A DNA stretch of 64,000 bases, from assembly GCA_030390025.1 (NCBI GenBank), contig CM059432.1, positions 60,390,001 to 60,454,000 of the forward strand, in the 5' to 3' direction. This DNA comes from Squalus acanthias (lineage: Eukaryota). Below the pieces are notes generated by a model. It was not told the DNA's origin. It saw nothing but the letters and a program-made list of their open reading frames with translations, and searched no databases. The stretch's first letter is position 1. The number at the start of each line of letters is the position of its first letter. A program made the position numbers and the translations under genes. Below, piece by piece: positions 52,365 through 64,000 of the stretch.

Positions 52365-52907
52365 ATAAGAAATTACAGCAGGAATAGGTCATACAGCCCC
52401 TCGAGCCTGCTCCGCCATTCAATAAGATTATGGCTGATCTTCTACCTCAACTCCACTTTCCCGCCCCATATCCCCATATCCCCCGATTCCGTTAGTGTCC
52501 AAAAATCTATTGATCTCAGTCTTAAATGTACTCAACGGCTGAACATCCACAGCCCCCTGGGGTAGAGAATTCCAAAGAATCACAACCCTCTGAGTGAAGA
52601 AATTCTTCCTCATCTCAGTCTTAAATGGCCGACCCCTTACCCTGAGACTATGACCCCTAGTTGTAGACTCTCCAGCCAGGGGAAACAGCCTCTCAGCATC
52701 TACCCTGTCAAGCCCTCTAAGAATTTTATACATTTCAATGAGATCACCTCTCATTCTTCTAAATTCCAGAGAGCATAGGTCCATTCTAATCAATCTCTCC
52801 TCATAGGTCAACCCTCTCATCCCAATCTAGGAATCAATCTAGTGAACCTTTGTTGCACCCACTCTAAGGCAAATATATCCTTCCTTAGGTAAGGAGATCA
52901 AAACTGT
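52365..52907 (-). mobile_element. CR1 3' fragment
   Basis: ORF 52428-52820. Confidence 0.9.
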
Positions 52908-53084
52908 GAGAGGGAGTTAGAGCAATAACAATGAAGAGTATGTGAGGTAAAGATAAGAACGTACGAACAGGAGTAGGCCAATCGGTCCCTCGAGTCTATT
53001 CTGCCATCATGCTGATCTATACCTCAACTTAGTTTACCCAACTTTGCTCCATATGCCTTGATACACTTACTTAACAGAAAATAC

Positions 53085-54922
53085 AAACAGGGTGCAGTAT
53101 TAGGACCACTGCTCTTTTTGTTATATATTAATGACCTGGACTTGGGTATACAGGTCATAATTTCAAATTTTGCAGATGACACAAAACTCGTAAGTGTAGT
53201 AACCGACTTCAGGAGGACATAGAGAGACTGATGAAATGGGCAGAAACATGGCAGATGAAATTTAACTCAGAGAAGTGTGAAGTGATACATTTTGGTAGGA
53301 AGAACGAGGAGAGGCAATATAAACTAAATGGCACAATTTTAAAGGGAATGCAGGAGCAGAGAGACCTGGAGGTGTATGTACACAAATCGTTGAATGTGGC
53401 AGGACAAGTTGAGGAGGCTATTAAAAAAGCATGTGAGATCCTTGGCTTTATTAATAGAGGAATAGAGTACAAAAGCAAGGAAGTTATGCTAAACCTTCAT
53501 AAAACACTGGTTAAGCCTCAGCTGGAGTATTGGGGGAAAAATTCAGTTGGTTGCGCCTCCCGTTAGCGCCTTAAGAGGGCGCTAATGGGGCGCAAAGCAT
53601 CTAGCGCCCAGGCGCGGCGAAGTTTGCGCCGCTCGCGAAATTAACTAGACATTTTGCGGCGGCGCTAAACACTACCGCCACGATCTCCTGCGCCGGCAGA
53701 TCGTGACGTCAGTCGAGTGCGCAACGCCCCGGTATCGCCCCGGAGCGGATATTGAGTGGCGCCCCCTGCCTTACCGCCTGACGCTAGCAATGACAGTTTG
53801 AGTAGAGCATTCTGCAGTCATGAAGGGAAAGGGGGAGCGCTATTTAAAGGTGACCGCTTCCTGCCTTTTATTGTTGGTGCCATTTTTGAACTACGCATTC
53901 TGAGAGAGAGAGAGAGAGAGACTTCTGGAGAGATTCAACGTTGTGTGAAGGAATTTTGGGTACTGAGCAGCACTTTGCTGGTTCATTTTGATTTGCCATT
54001 CCTTGCATCGATTTAGAAGAGACTGTGGGGGCTGCACTCTGAGCTCTTTGCCTCGTTTTCTCCATTGTTCTTTCCAGCAGATTTGATGTGCAGGTCTCTC
54101 CAGGCCAAGATTCAAGGCTGCAATGAGCAGGATGTGGATGGAAAGCAAGATTAACCATCCCCTTTAAGAACTGGCCCGTGCCATTGTGTGTGTGTTCCAT
54201 TGCTGACTGACATTACATGAGCTTCGCCAGCGCTCTGAGGTAGCGCCTCGCTCCTCGGCCTTTGCGCCTTAAGACAGGTGTGAAGCGCCTGATTTAGCGC
54301 TCCAATCACCTCCAGGGTCGATAAAAGTCAAGTTTGCAGTCGGTGGCGATAATTAGCGCCAGGCGCTAATCTTTACGCCCGGCCGATAATTGCGCCCCAA
54401 ATGGGGCGATACTGAATTTCTCCCCCGTTGTGTTTAATTCTGGGTACCACACTTTAGGAAGGATGTCAAGGCCTTAGCGAGAATACAGAAGAGATTCACT
54501 AAAATGGTAAAAGGAATGAGGGATTTCAGTTATGTGGAGCTACTGGAGAAGCTGGGGTTCTCCTTAGAGCAGAGAAGGTTAAGAGGAGATTTTATAGAGC
54601 TGTTCAAAATCATGAACGGTTTTGATAAGAGTAAATAAGGAGAAATTGTTTCCAGTGGCAGAAGGGTTGTAACCAGAGGACATAGATTTAAGGTGATTGG
54701 AGAAAAAGAACCAGAGGCGGCATGAGGAAATATGTTTTTATGCAGCGTGTGGTTGTGATCTGGAATGCACGGCCTTAAAGGGTGTTGGAACCAGATTCTA
54801 TAGTAACTTTCAAAAGGGATTTGGATAATTTACAGGGCTATGGCGAAAGATCAAGAGAGTGGGACGAATTGGATAGCTCTTTCAAAGACCTGCCACAGGG
54901 CAACATCATTTTATGATTCTAT
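53085..54922 (+). mobile_element. CR1 3' portion split by MITE
   Basis: FADD remnant, ORF 53231-53566 to PQLEY; resumes at 54427. Confidence 0.88.
53532..54426. mobile_element. Harbinger MITE family C, copy 2
   Basis: GGGGGAAAAATT/AATTTCTCCCCC; flanks ATT/GTT; colinear with 24749-25642. Confidence 0.92.
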
Positions 54923-54959
54923 ACGAACAATGGTGGACAGGAAAAGACGCTCTGGTTCC

Positions 54960-55490
54960 CCCAAGGTTCCCCGTTGCCCTAGCCCCGAGCTCATATCTTG
55001 CTCTAGTTTCTCTCCTATCTCACCTCATGCCCTCTCTGAGCTCATCTTATACCTGAGACCCACCTCCTGCTCCCTCGACCCTATTCCCACCAAACTGCTG
55101 ACCACCCAACTTCCCTTCCTGGTTCCCATGTTAGCCGATATTGTTAATGGCTTCCTCCCCTCAGGTACTCTCCTCTCCCCTACAAATTTGCCGTCATCAC
55201 CCCCTCCTCAAAAAAAAGACCCTTGACCCGTCTGTCCTTGCAAACTACAGCCCCATCTCTTACCTCGCTTTCCTCTCCAATGTCCTTGAAGATTTTGCCT
55301 CACAAATACATGCCCATTTTTCCCGCAACTCCATGTTTGAACCCCCCAATTAAGTTTCTGTCCCTGCCACAGCACTGAAATGGCCCTTAGCAAAGTCACA
55401 AATGACATTCAATGTGACTGTGATCATGATAAACTATCCCTCCTGATCCTACTAGACCTGCCTGCAGCCTTTGACATGGTTAACTACACC
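54960..55490 (+). mobile_element. L2 LINE RT fragment
   Basis: PTSCSLDPIPTKLL, LKKKTLDPSVLANYSPIS, LLDLPAAFDM remnants. Confidence 0.85.
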
Positions 55491-56174
55491 ATAAGAACAT
55501 AAGAATTAGGAGCAGGAGTAGGCCATACGGCCCCTCGAACCTGCTCCGCCATTCAATAAGTTCATGGCTGATCTTTGACCTCAACTCCACTTTCCTGCCC
55601 GATCCCCATATCCATTGATTCTCCTAGAGTCCAAAAATCTATCTCTCTCAGCCTTGAATGTACTCCATGACTCAGCATCCACAACACTTTGGGGTAGAGA
55701 ATTCCAAAGACTGACAACCCTCTCAGAAAGAAATTCCTCATCTCAGTCTTAAATGGCTGACCACTTATCCTGAGACTATGCCCCCTAGTTCTAGACTCTC
55801 TAGCCAGGGAAATAACCTCTCAGCATCTACCCTGTCAATCCCCCTCAGAATCTTATATGTTTCAATGAGATCACCTCTCATTCTTCTAAACTCCAGACAG
55901 CATAGGCCCAATCTACTCATTCTCTCCTCATAGGACAACTCGCTCATCCCAGGGATCAATCTAGTGAACCTTCGTTGCACTGCCTCCAAGGCAAGTATGT
56001 CCTTCCTCAGATAAGGAGACCAAAACTGTGTACAGTACGCCAGGTGTGGTCTCACCAAAGCCCTGTACAATTGTAGTAAGATTTCCTCACTCTTGTACTC
56101 CAACCCTCTTGCAATTAAGGCCAACATACCATTTACCTTCCTGATTGCTTGCTGTACCTGCATGTTAACTTAGT

Positions 56175-59100
56175 GGGGAAAAAATTTGTCCCCTTAGCGC
56201 CTTCTGTTAGCGCCAGCAGATGGCGCTAATGGGGCGCTACAGCAGTATCGCCATGGCGAGACAAATCCAGCGCCGTACGCCAAATCCTGCCCCCTCGTAG
56301 TGCCGCCAGTAAAAGGTATCGCTGGGAACGTCAACGCCAGGTGGATCGTGACGTCAGTGAGTGTGCAAATTGATTCTCGCCACTTACCTTAGCACCTGGA
56401 GTCAACACCGACAGGGAGAGCTGGCATGAAGCACCAGGAAACCGGCTCCAGGGACGTTATTTAAAGGAATCATCAGTAATCACTCGCAGTTGTCAAGTTA
56501 GTGCAGTTTCAGTGGTTTCTTGTCAGTTTCACCTACTGCAAGAGTTTCAATCAGTAATTTCAAGGTTCTTTTCTATCAGGAGTCTTGTGGCAACTAAAAA
56601 GTAGCTACATTTATTGTTCAAACAATCAAACTGCTACACTTGGTAACATTAATGGCGGCTGTACTGGCCACCTTGCCCTCCAGGATCTACGGCTGAGAAA
56701 GACGGGAACATGTGCGCAGAGAGATGAGGAGGGACACCAGGGCTCTCACCAGGAGGCCTTACCCTCCGAGGGTATTCCGAGAGCACTTCTCCTTCCTTCA
56801 ATGAAGCGAGGAGCAGTGTATTAGATGGCTCTGCCTCACCAAGGAGGGGGTCACAGAACTCTGCCACCTCCTCCAAACAGACCTCCAGCCTCACAACAGG
56901 ATGACTTAAAGCCCAGATCCCCTTTGCTCACCACATCCCCTTTGCTCACTACATCCCCATCATTCCATCCCTCTCGCAGGCCGTTTCCCACCGCAAAGCT
57001 GAAATGACAGACACCACAAAAGAATGGTAAGTGAATTAATAAATTTATTAAAAATCAGTGAACACATATCTGCAACAAAAATATTAACCATTCACCCTTG
57101 TGCAATCCCTTAGTGCCTGTCATTACTGTGCCTTTGCCAACTCTAGTACTCCTACGAAGTGCTGGTCCAGTGGCTGCAGCAGGGCTGGCGGAATGCTGCT
57201 GAGAGTCCGTGCGGGAGACTTCAGATGGCCTTGCAGGATGCCCTCGACCATCTCTGGATCTGCAAGGCTCGGCTGTAGACTGCACCACCTCAGCATGGGT
57301 GGCAGCCGTCTGGGCTGGCTGGATAACAGGCAGCGAAAAGATTCCTGCTCCACTGACCCACTGCCACTCCCCCGGGGTAGCACCTCAGCATTCCTAGCAA
57401 TCTGTTGGAGCACAGGTTGCTGGCCTGCTGCGACACCGTGAAAGACCCAGCCATGATGGCAGCAGTCAGAGCTTGCATGGCATCAAGCTGAGACTGCATG
57501 AGAGCAGTCTGAGATTGGATGCCACCAAGCACAGACTGCATTACAGCACTAAGATGTTGTATCGCTTCCGCCTATGCTGCAGTGGAAGCTGCCAGATCGC
57601 CCATCACACGCGGCATCAGGTCTGGGTCGCCACGGTCTCTCTGGGAGTCTACCATCCTTTGCAGACTGGAAATGATGGGCTCCATGGTGCGTGCAAAGCC
57701 TTGTGCAATGTTGGAGGTGGACTCCTCCACGCTCCTTATCATTGCTGAGAGGCTCACGGGCACCCTTGACATTGCACCTATCATCTCCGTGTGCATGCCC
57801 ATCACCCTTCTTCTAAACGCCTCCCCATCGAGCTCCTCATCTGAGTCCTGTGCAGCAGAACTCATGCACGAACTCGCCCTCCGGGGAGCTGGCCCCCAAG
57901 CTACCTTTTTTCCTGGCCTTGCTGCAGCCCACTCGTCCCCGGTGCCTCACCCTGTGCAGATCCTGCTACTATACTAGCCTCTAAAGAAGGCGTAGTGCCA
58001 CTATCTGAGTTGGTGTCTGCGGGTGAGACATGCAGTGAAGCGGTGTGTTCTTCCTCCTCCTCTACTCCTGCCTCGCTCTCTACGGTGCCCTCAGGGACAG
58101 GCTGCTCAGGTGCTTACTAATTATCTGAAAGCATAAAGGCACAAGAGTCGGGTTAAGGTGCGGGGAGAGGGGCAGGAAGGGAGAAAAGCATGCATACAGC
58201 ATGATAAGCTGGAAAGTGCGAAATGCTTCTGGAATGAGGGGGAAGTGAGATGTGAGAAGGAGTAGGGATGAACATACCTAACATACCCAAGGGGATCAAC
58301 GTCGCCAGTGGCCAAGACGCCCACCACCTGGTGCCCAATAATCTGCAGCACTCTATTTTCCAGCGCAGTGGTTGGGTGTCAGCTTGTCTCATCCCCCGTC
58401 CCCCCCCCCCCCCCTTTACGCTCCTGCTCCCTCGTGTTGTGAGCCACCTTAGCCTGCAAGAGAATGGAAAGTGTGTGAGTGAGTGTGGAGCAATGTGTTT
58501 GGGTGATGTGCCTGCCATAGCTGAATAGCTGTCATTGTGTGCAAGATGTGGGTGTGAGTGTGGGTCGGTAGAGATGTTGGTGGGTGAGTGCTGGGGGTGT
58601 GGTGCTTTGGGCAGTGTGTGAAGATTGTGGCTCAGATGGGGGTATGTAGCATTTGTTGAAGCATTCACTCACCCTTATCACCCGAGTGAGGTCGTTAAAT
58701 TTCTTCCTGCACTGTGTGTGGGTCCTGGGGACCACAGTGCTGCCCGAGATGTGCTGCAATACCTCCCTCCACATGGTGCGGAAGACTTGTGGTGAGGGCC
58801 TCCTGTCAATTGTCGAGTAGAGCACCGCCCTCTGTCTCTCCACAGCGAAAACCAATGCCTCCAATGCTTCATCGCAGAATCTGCGGGCTCTCTCCCTGGG
58901 GCGTCGATCTGGTTCGGTCCTCCAGCTCCATCTCCTTGTCCTGCTTCTGCTTGCTGAGGCAGCTGCACAGCCAGCAATGCTGAGAATAAGGTGCTGCAGC
59001 ATCAACGAACCTCCCCTTTAAGTAGTGAAAAAAGCCTGAGGCAATCATGACTTGCGATTAGACTGCACCTGATATTGGTCCACCCTTTGAGTGTAACGCC

Positions 59101-59232
59101 AATGAGCGTGGGTTTTAAGACTTGAATTAGGACTCCAATCATTTTTTTGAGCAGTGAGCATGAATTTTGCGCTAATTCTCCAACTTTTCTACTGACGCCG
59201 CCCATTCCTTGACTATAACAAATTTCTAGCCC
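56175..59232. mobile_element. Harbinger copy H: Myb gene remnant (-) retained, transposase (+) deleted after ~250 bp
   Basis: GGGGAAAAAATT/AATTTCTAGCCC; RERARRFCDEALEALV...QCRKKFNDLTRVIR; splice sites at 58672, 58454, 58286, 58125. Confidence 0.9.
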
Positions 59233-60459
59233 TCTGTGCTTCTTGTATGAGGACACCTAAATCTCTCTGAACACCAACATTTAATAGTTCCTCACACTTA
59301 AAAAATATCCTGTTTTTCTATTCGTCCTACCAAAGTGAATAACCTCACATTTCCCCACATTATGCTCCATCTGCCACCTTATTGCTCACTCACTTAACCT
59401 GTCTATATTTCTTTGCAAGCCCTTGGTGTCCTCCTCACAGCTTACTTTCCCACCTAGCTTTGTATCGTTAGTAAACTTTGATACATTGCACTCGGTCCCT
59501 TCATCTAAGTCATTAATATAGATTCTAAATAGCTGAGGCCCAAGCACTGATCCTTGCAACACCCCACTAGTTACAGCATACCAACTGAAAAATGACCCAT
59601 TTATCCCTACTCTCTGTTTTCTGTCCGTTAACCAATCCTCTATCCATGCTAATCATATTACTCCCAACCCCATGAGCCCTTATCTTGCATAGCAACCTTT
59701 TATATGGCACCTTATCAAATGCCTTTTGGAAATCCAAATATATTACACTGGTTCCTCTTTACCTACCCTGCGAGCTGCAACCTCAAAAACTCTAATAAGT
59801 TTGTTAAACCCAATTTCCTTTTCATAAAACCATGTTGACTCTGCCTAATCATACTATGATTTTCTAAGTGCCCTGCTACCACTTCCTTAATAATGGATTC
59901 CAGCATTTTCCCGACGACTGATATCAGGCTAACTGGCTAGTAGTTCCCTTTTTTCTCTCTCCCTTTCTTGAATAGTGGTGTTACATTTGCCACCTTACAA
60001 TCCGTGGGAACCGTTCTCGAATCTAGGGAATTTTGGAAGATCACAACCAATGCATCCACTATCTCTGGATCCACCTCTTTTAGAATCCTAGGATTTAGGG
60101 CATCAGGTCCAGGAGATTTATCAGCTTTTAGTCCCATTAGTTTTTCAAGTACTTTTTCTCTACTGATATTAATTACTTTAAGTTCCTCACTCTTATTAGT
60201 CCCTTGGTACTCCACTATTTTTGTTATGCTTTTTGTGTTTTCTACTGTGAAGACAGATACAAATTTTTGTTTAAAGTCTCTCCCATTTCTTTATTCCCCA
60301 TTATAATTTCTCCTGTCTCAGCCTCTAAGGGACCGACGCTTACTTTTGCTACTCTCTTCCTTTTTACGTAATTGTAGAAGCTCTTACAATCTGCTTTTAT
60401 ATTTCTGGCTAGTTTACTCTCCAATTCTATTTTCTCCCTTTTTATCAATTTTTTGGTCA

Positions 60460-62290
60460 TACGAACATACGAATTAGGAGTAGGAGTAGGCCACTCAGCC
60501 CCTCGAGATTGCTCTGCCATTCAATAAGATCATGGCTGATCTGTTTACTCCACATTCCTGCCTACCCCCGATAACCTTTCACCCCCTTGCTTATCAAGAA
60601 TCTATCTACCTCTGCCTTAAAAATATTCAAAGACTCTGCTTCTACTGCCCTCTGAGGAAGAGAGTTCCAAAGACTCACGACCCTCTGTGAGAAAAAATTT
60701 CTCCTCATCTCTGTCTTAAATGGGCGACCCCTTATTTTTAAACAGTGACCCCTAGTTCTAGATTCTCCCACAAGAGGAAACATCCTCTCCACATCCACCC
60801 TGTCAAGACCCCTCAGGATCTTATATGTTTCAATCAAGTCACCTCTTACTCTTCTAAACTCCAGCGGATACAAGCCTAGCCTGTCCAACCTTTCCTCATA
60901 AGACAACCCGCCTATTCCAGGTATTAGTCTAGTAAACCTTCTCTGAACTGCTTCCAACGCATTTACATCCTTCCTTAAATAAGGAGTCCAATACTGTACA
61001 CAGTACTCCAGATGTGGTCTCACCAATGCCCTGCATAACTGAAGCATAACCTCCCTACTTTTGTATTCAATTCCCCTCGCAATAAACGGTAACATTCCTA
61101 CCTATCTTTGTGTCATCAGCAAATTTAGCAACCATACCTTTGGTCTCTTCATCCAAGTCATTTATATAAATTGTAAAAAGTTGAGGCCCCAGCACTGATT
61201 CCTGTGGCACACCACTCATTACATCTTGCCAATCAGTAAATGGCCCATTTATGCCTACTCTCTGTTTCCTGTTAGCTAGCCAATCTTCTATCCATGCCAA
61301 TATGTTACCCCCTACACCAGGAGCATTTATTTTCCACAATAACCTTTGATGTGGCACCTTATCAAATGCCTTCTGGAAATCTAAGTACAGTACATCCACC
61401 GGTTTCCCTTTATCCACAGCACATGTTACTTCCTCAAAGAACTCCAATAAATTGTTTAAACATGATTTCCCTTTCACAAAACCATGTTGACTCTGCCTGA
61501 TTACCTTGAACTTTTCTAAGTGCCCTGCTATAACGTCTTTAATAATGGTTTCTAACATCTTCCCTATGACAGATGTTAAGCTAACTGGCTTGTAGTTTCC
61601 TGCTTTCTGTCTCCCTCCCTTTTTGAATAAAGGAGTTACATTTGCTATTTTCCAATCTAATGGAACCTTCCCCGAATCTAGGGAATTTTGGAAAATTAAA
61701 ACCAATGCATCAACTATCTCACTAGCCACTTCTTTTAAGACCCTAGGATGAAGTCCATCAGGACCCGAGGACTTGTCAGCCCGCAGCTCCAACAATTTGC
61801 TCAGTACTACTTCCCTGGTGATTGTAATTTTCTTGAGTTCCTCCCTCTCTTCCATTTCTTGATTTAAAGCGATTTCTGGGATGTTACTTGTATCCTCTAT
61901 AGTGAAGACCGATGCAAAAAACCTGTTCAATTCAACTGCCATCTCCTTATTTTCCATTATTAATTCCCCAGTCTCACTTTTTATAGGACCAACGCTCACT
62001 TTGTTAATTCTTTTTCTTTTTAAAATATCTATAGAAACTCTTACTATCTGTTTTTATATTTCTAGCTAGCTTTCTCTCGTACTCTAATTTTTCTCTCCTT
62101 ATTAATCTTTTAGTCATTCTTTGCTGTTTTTTATATTCTGTCCAATCTTCTGACCTGCCACCCATCTTTGCGCAATTATATGCTTTTGCTTTAAGTTTGA
62201 TACTATCTTTAACTTTTTTAGTTAACCACAGATGGTAGGTCCTCCCCTTGGAATTTCTCTTTCTCGTTGGAATGTATATATTCTGTGTAT
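60460..62290 (-). mobile_element. CR1, 5' truncated, nested in older CR1
   Basis: ORFs 61067-61999 and 60562-61095; tail at 60460. Confidence 0.93.
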
Positions 62291-62751
62291 TTCTACTGGT
62301 CCTTTACTGGTTTCTAAAGCTCTCCCAATCCTCAGGCTTACTACTATTCTTCGCAACATTATAAGCCTCTTCTTTTAACCGAATACTATCCTTAACTTCT
62401 TTTGTTAGCCACTTTTCCCATGGAGTTTTAATTTCTCCGTAGAATGTATATTCGTTGAGAATTGAGTATTTCTTTAAATTTTTGCCACTGCTTATCTACT
62501 GTCATACCTTTTAATCTAATTTCTCAATCTACCTGAGCCAAGTCACCCCTCATACCTATATAATTGGCTTTATTTAAGTTTAAGACTCTAGTATTGGGAC
62601 TAAGTATTTCACTCTCAAACTCAACGTGAAATTCTATCATATTATGATCACTCTTCCCCGAGGATCCTTTACTATAAGATTACCAATTAACCCTGTCTCA
62701 TTACACAATACAAGATCTAAAATAGCCTGTTCCCTGGTTGGTTCCATGACG

Positions 62752-63928
62752 TATCATCCACGCCCTTGTTCTCCTGACCAGCCTCCCATCATCCACCCTC
62801 CATAAACTTGAACTCATCCAAATCTTTGTTTCCCATATCTTAACTCGTAACAAGTCCCATTCACCCATCAACTCTGTGCTCATAGAAGCATAAAAGATAG
62901 GAGCAGGAGTAGGCCATTTGGCCCCTCGAGCCTGCTCCGCCATTTAATGAGATCATGGCTGATCATCCAAATTCAGTACCCTGTCCCTGCTTTCTCCCCA
63001 TATCCTTTGATCCCCTTAGCCTTAAGAAATATATCTATCTCCTTCTTGAATATATTTAATGAATTGGCCTCAACTGCCTTCTGTGGTAGAGAATTCCACA
63101 GGTTCACCACTCTCTGGGTGAAGAAATTCCTCCCCATCTCAGTCCTAAATGGCTTACGCCTTATCCTTAGACTGTGACCTCTGGTTCTGGACTCCCCCGC
63201 CATCGGGAACATCCTTCCTGCATCTAGTCTGTCTAGTCCTGTTAGAATTTTATAAGTTTCTATAGAATTTTGAAAGATGACCAGCAATGCATCTACTATT
63301 TCTAGGGCCACTTCCTTATGTACCCTAGGATGTAGATTATCAGGCCCTGGGGATTTATCGGCCTTCAATCCCGTCAATTTCCCTAACACCATTTCCCTAC
63401 AAATACTGATTTCATTCAATTCCTCCCTCTCATTAAACCTTATGTTCCCCGACATCTCTGGGAGTTTATTTGTGTCCTACATTATCGGAGTTTATCGGTG
63501 ACCTACATTAGCTCCTGGTCTGGCAATGCCTCAATTTTAAATTTCTCATCCTTGTTTTCAAATCCCTCCAAGGGCTCACCCTTCCCTCTCACTGTAAACT
63601 CCTCCAGCCCCACAACCCTCTGAGATCTCTGTGCTCCTCCAATTCTGGCCTCTTGCACATCCCCGATTTTAATCACTCTACCAGTGGCGGCCATGCCTTC
63701 AGCTACCTGGGCCCTAGCCTCTGGAATTCCTCCCTAAGCCTGTCCACTGTTCTTTCCTCCTTTAAGACGCTCCTTATAACCTACCTCTTTGACCAAGCTT
63801 TTGGTTACCAGTCCTAATATCTCCTTATGTGACTCTGTGTCAAATTTTGTTTGATAAAGCTCCTCTGAAACACCCTGGGATGTTTTACTACAGTAAAGGC
63901 GCTATATAAATGCAAGCTGTTGTTGTTA
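62752..63928 (+). mobile_element. L2 LINE 3' end split by CR1
   Basis: LHKLELIQ, FKILILVFKSL, LWNSLP remnants; tail aaaggcgctatataaatgcaagctgttgttgtt. Confidence 0.85.
62881..63477 (-). mobile_element. CR1 with about 1.1 kb internal deletion
   Basis: ORF 62973-63455 fuses VIFQNSI to ETYKILTG; compare 39088-40790. Confidence 0.92.
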
Positions 63929-64000
63929 GTCCATCCAGCCTGTTCTACACAATTGTGATACCTTGTGTATCACAATATACACACTCTCCACCCCACTCAA

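Larger units (their letters stand above)
55491..62750 (-). mobile_element. CR1 ORF2 copy interrupted by Harbinger H and a second CR1
   Basis: Pieces 55491-56171, 59233-60459, ~62300-62750 are colinear along CR1 ORF2. Confidence 0.85.

Noticed and set aside
62973..63455. In-frame fused CR1 ORF as a spliced or novel gene
   Set aside because: Junction is not GT-AG; short microhomology deletion explains it
1..64000. CRISPR arrays or prokaryotic systems
   Set aside because: No regularly spaced repeat-spacer array; sequence is vertebrate repeat-rich intron

Overview
Eukaryotic, vertebrate-type DNA, most likely a cartilaginous fish (inferred from the CR1/L2/DeuSINE/Penelope repeat content). Most of the window is nested transposable elements inside the introns of a minus-strand host gene. 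Two coding exons missed by the ORF track (12893-13035 and 1318-1471) have canonical AG/GT sites and splice in frame into a coiled-coil peptide resembling CCDC178. No further exon was found in the 51 kb upstream. Repeat content: many CR1 LINE copies (one near full length with zinc-finger/esterase ORF1 and EN-RT ORF2), L2 fragments, two DeuSINEs, and a LINE with a tRNA-like head. Also present are a solo LTR, a Penelope-like insert carrying a minimal hammerhead ribozyme, a Tigger-like MITE, and over a dozen PIF/Harbinger elements. The Harbingers have an intronless transposase converging on an intron-containing Myb/SANT gene, and include MITEs and a transposase-deleted Myb-only subfamily. Most notable non-standard signals: a perfect CRE (TGACGTCA) 167-177 bp from the terminus in five Harbinger copies, each followed by a TATA-like box; the Myb-only Harbinger lineage; and the tRNA-headed LINE. 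No transposon ORF examined appears intact. Family names come from motif recognition, not database searches.
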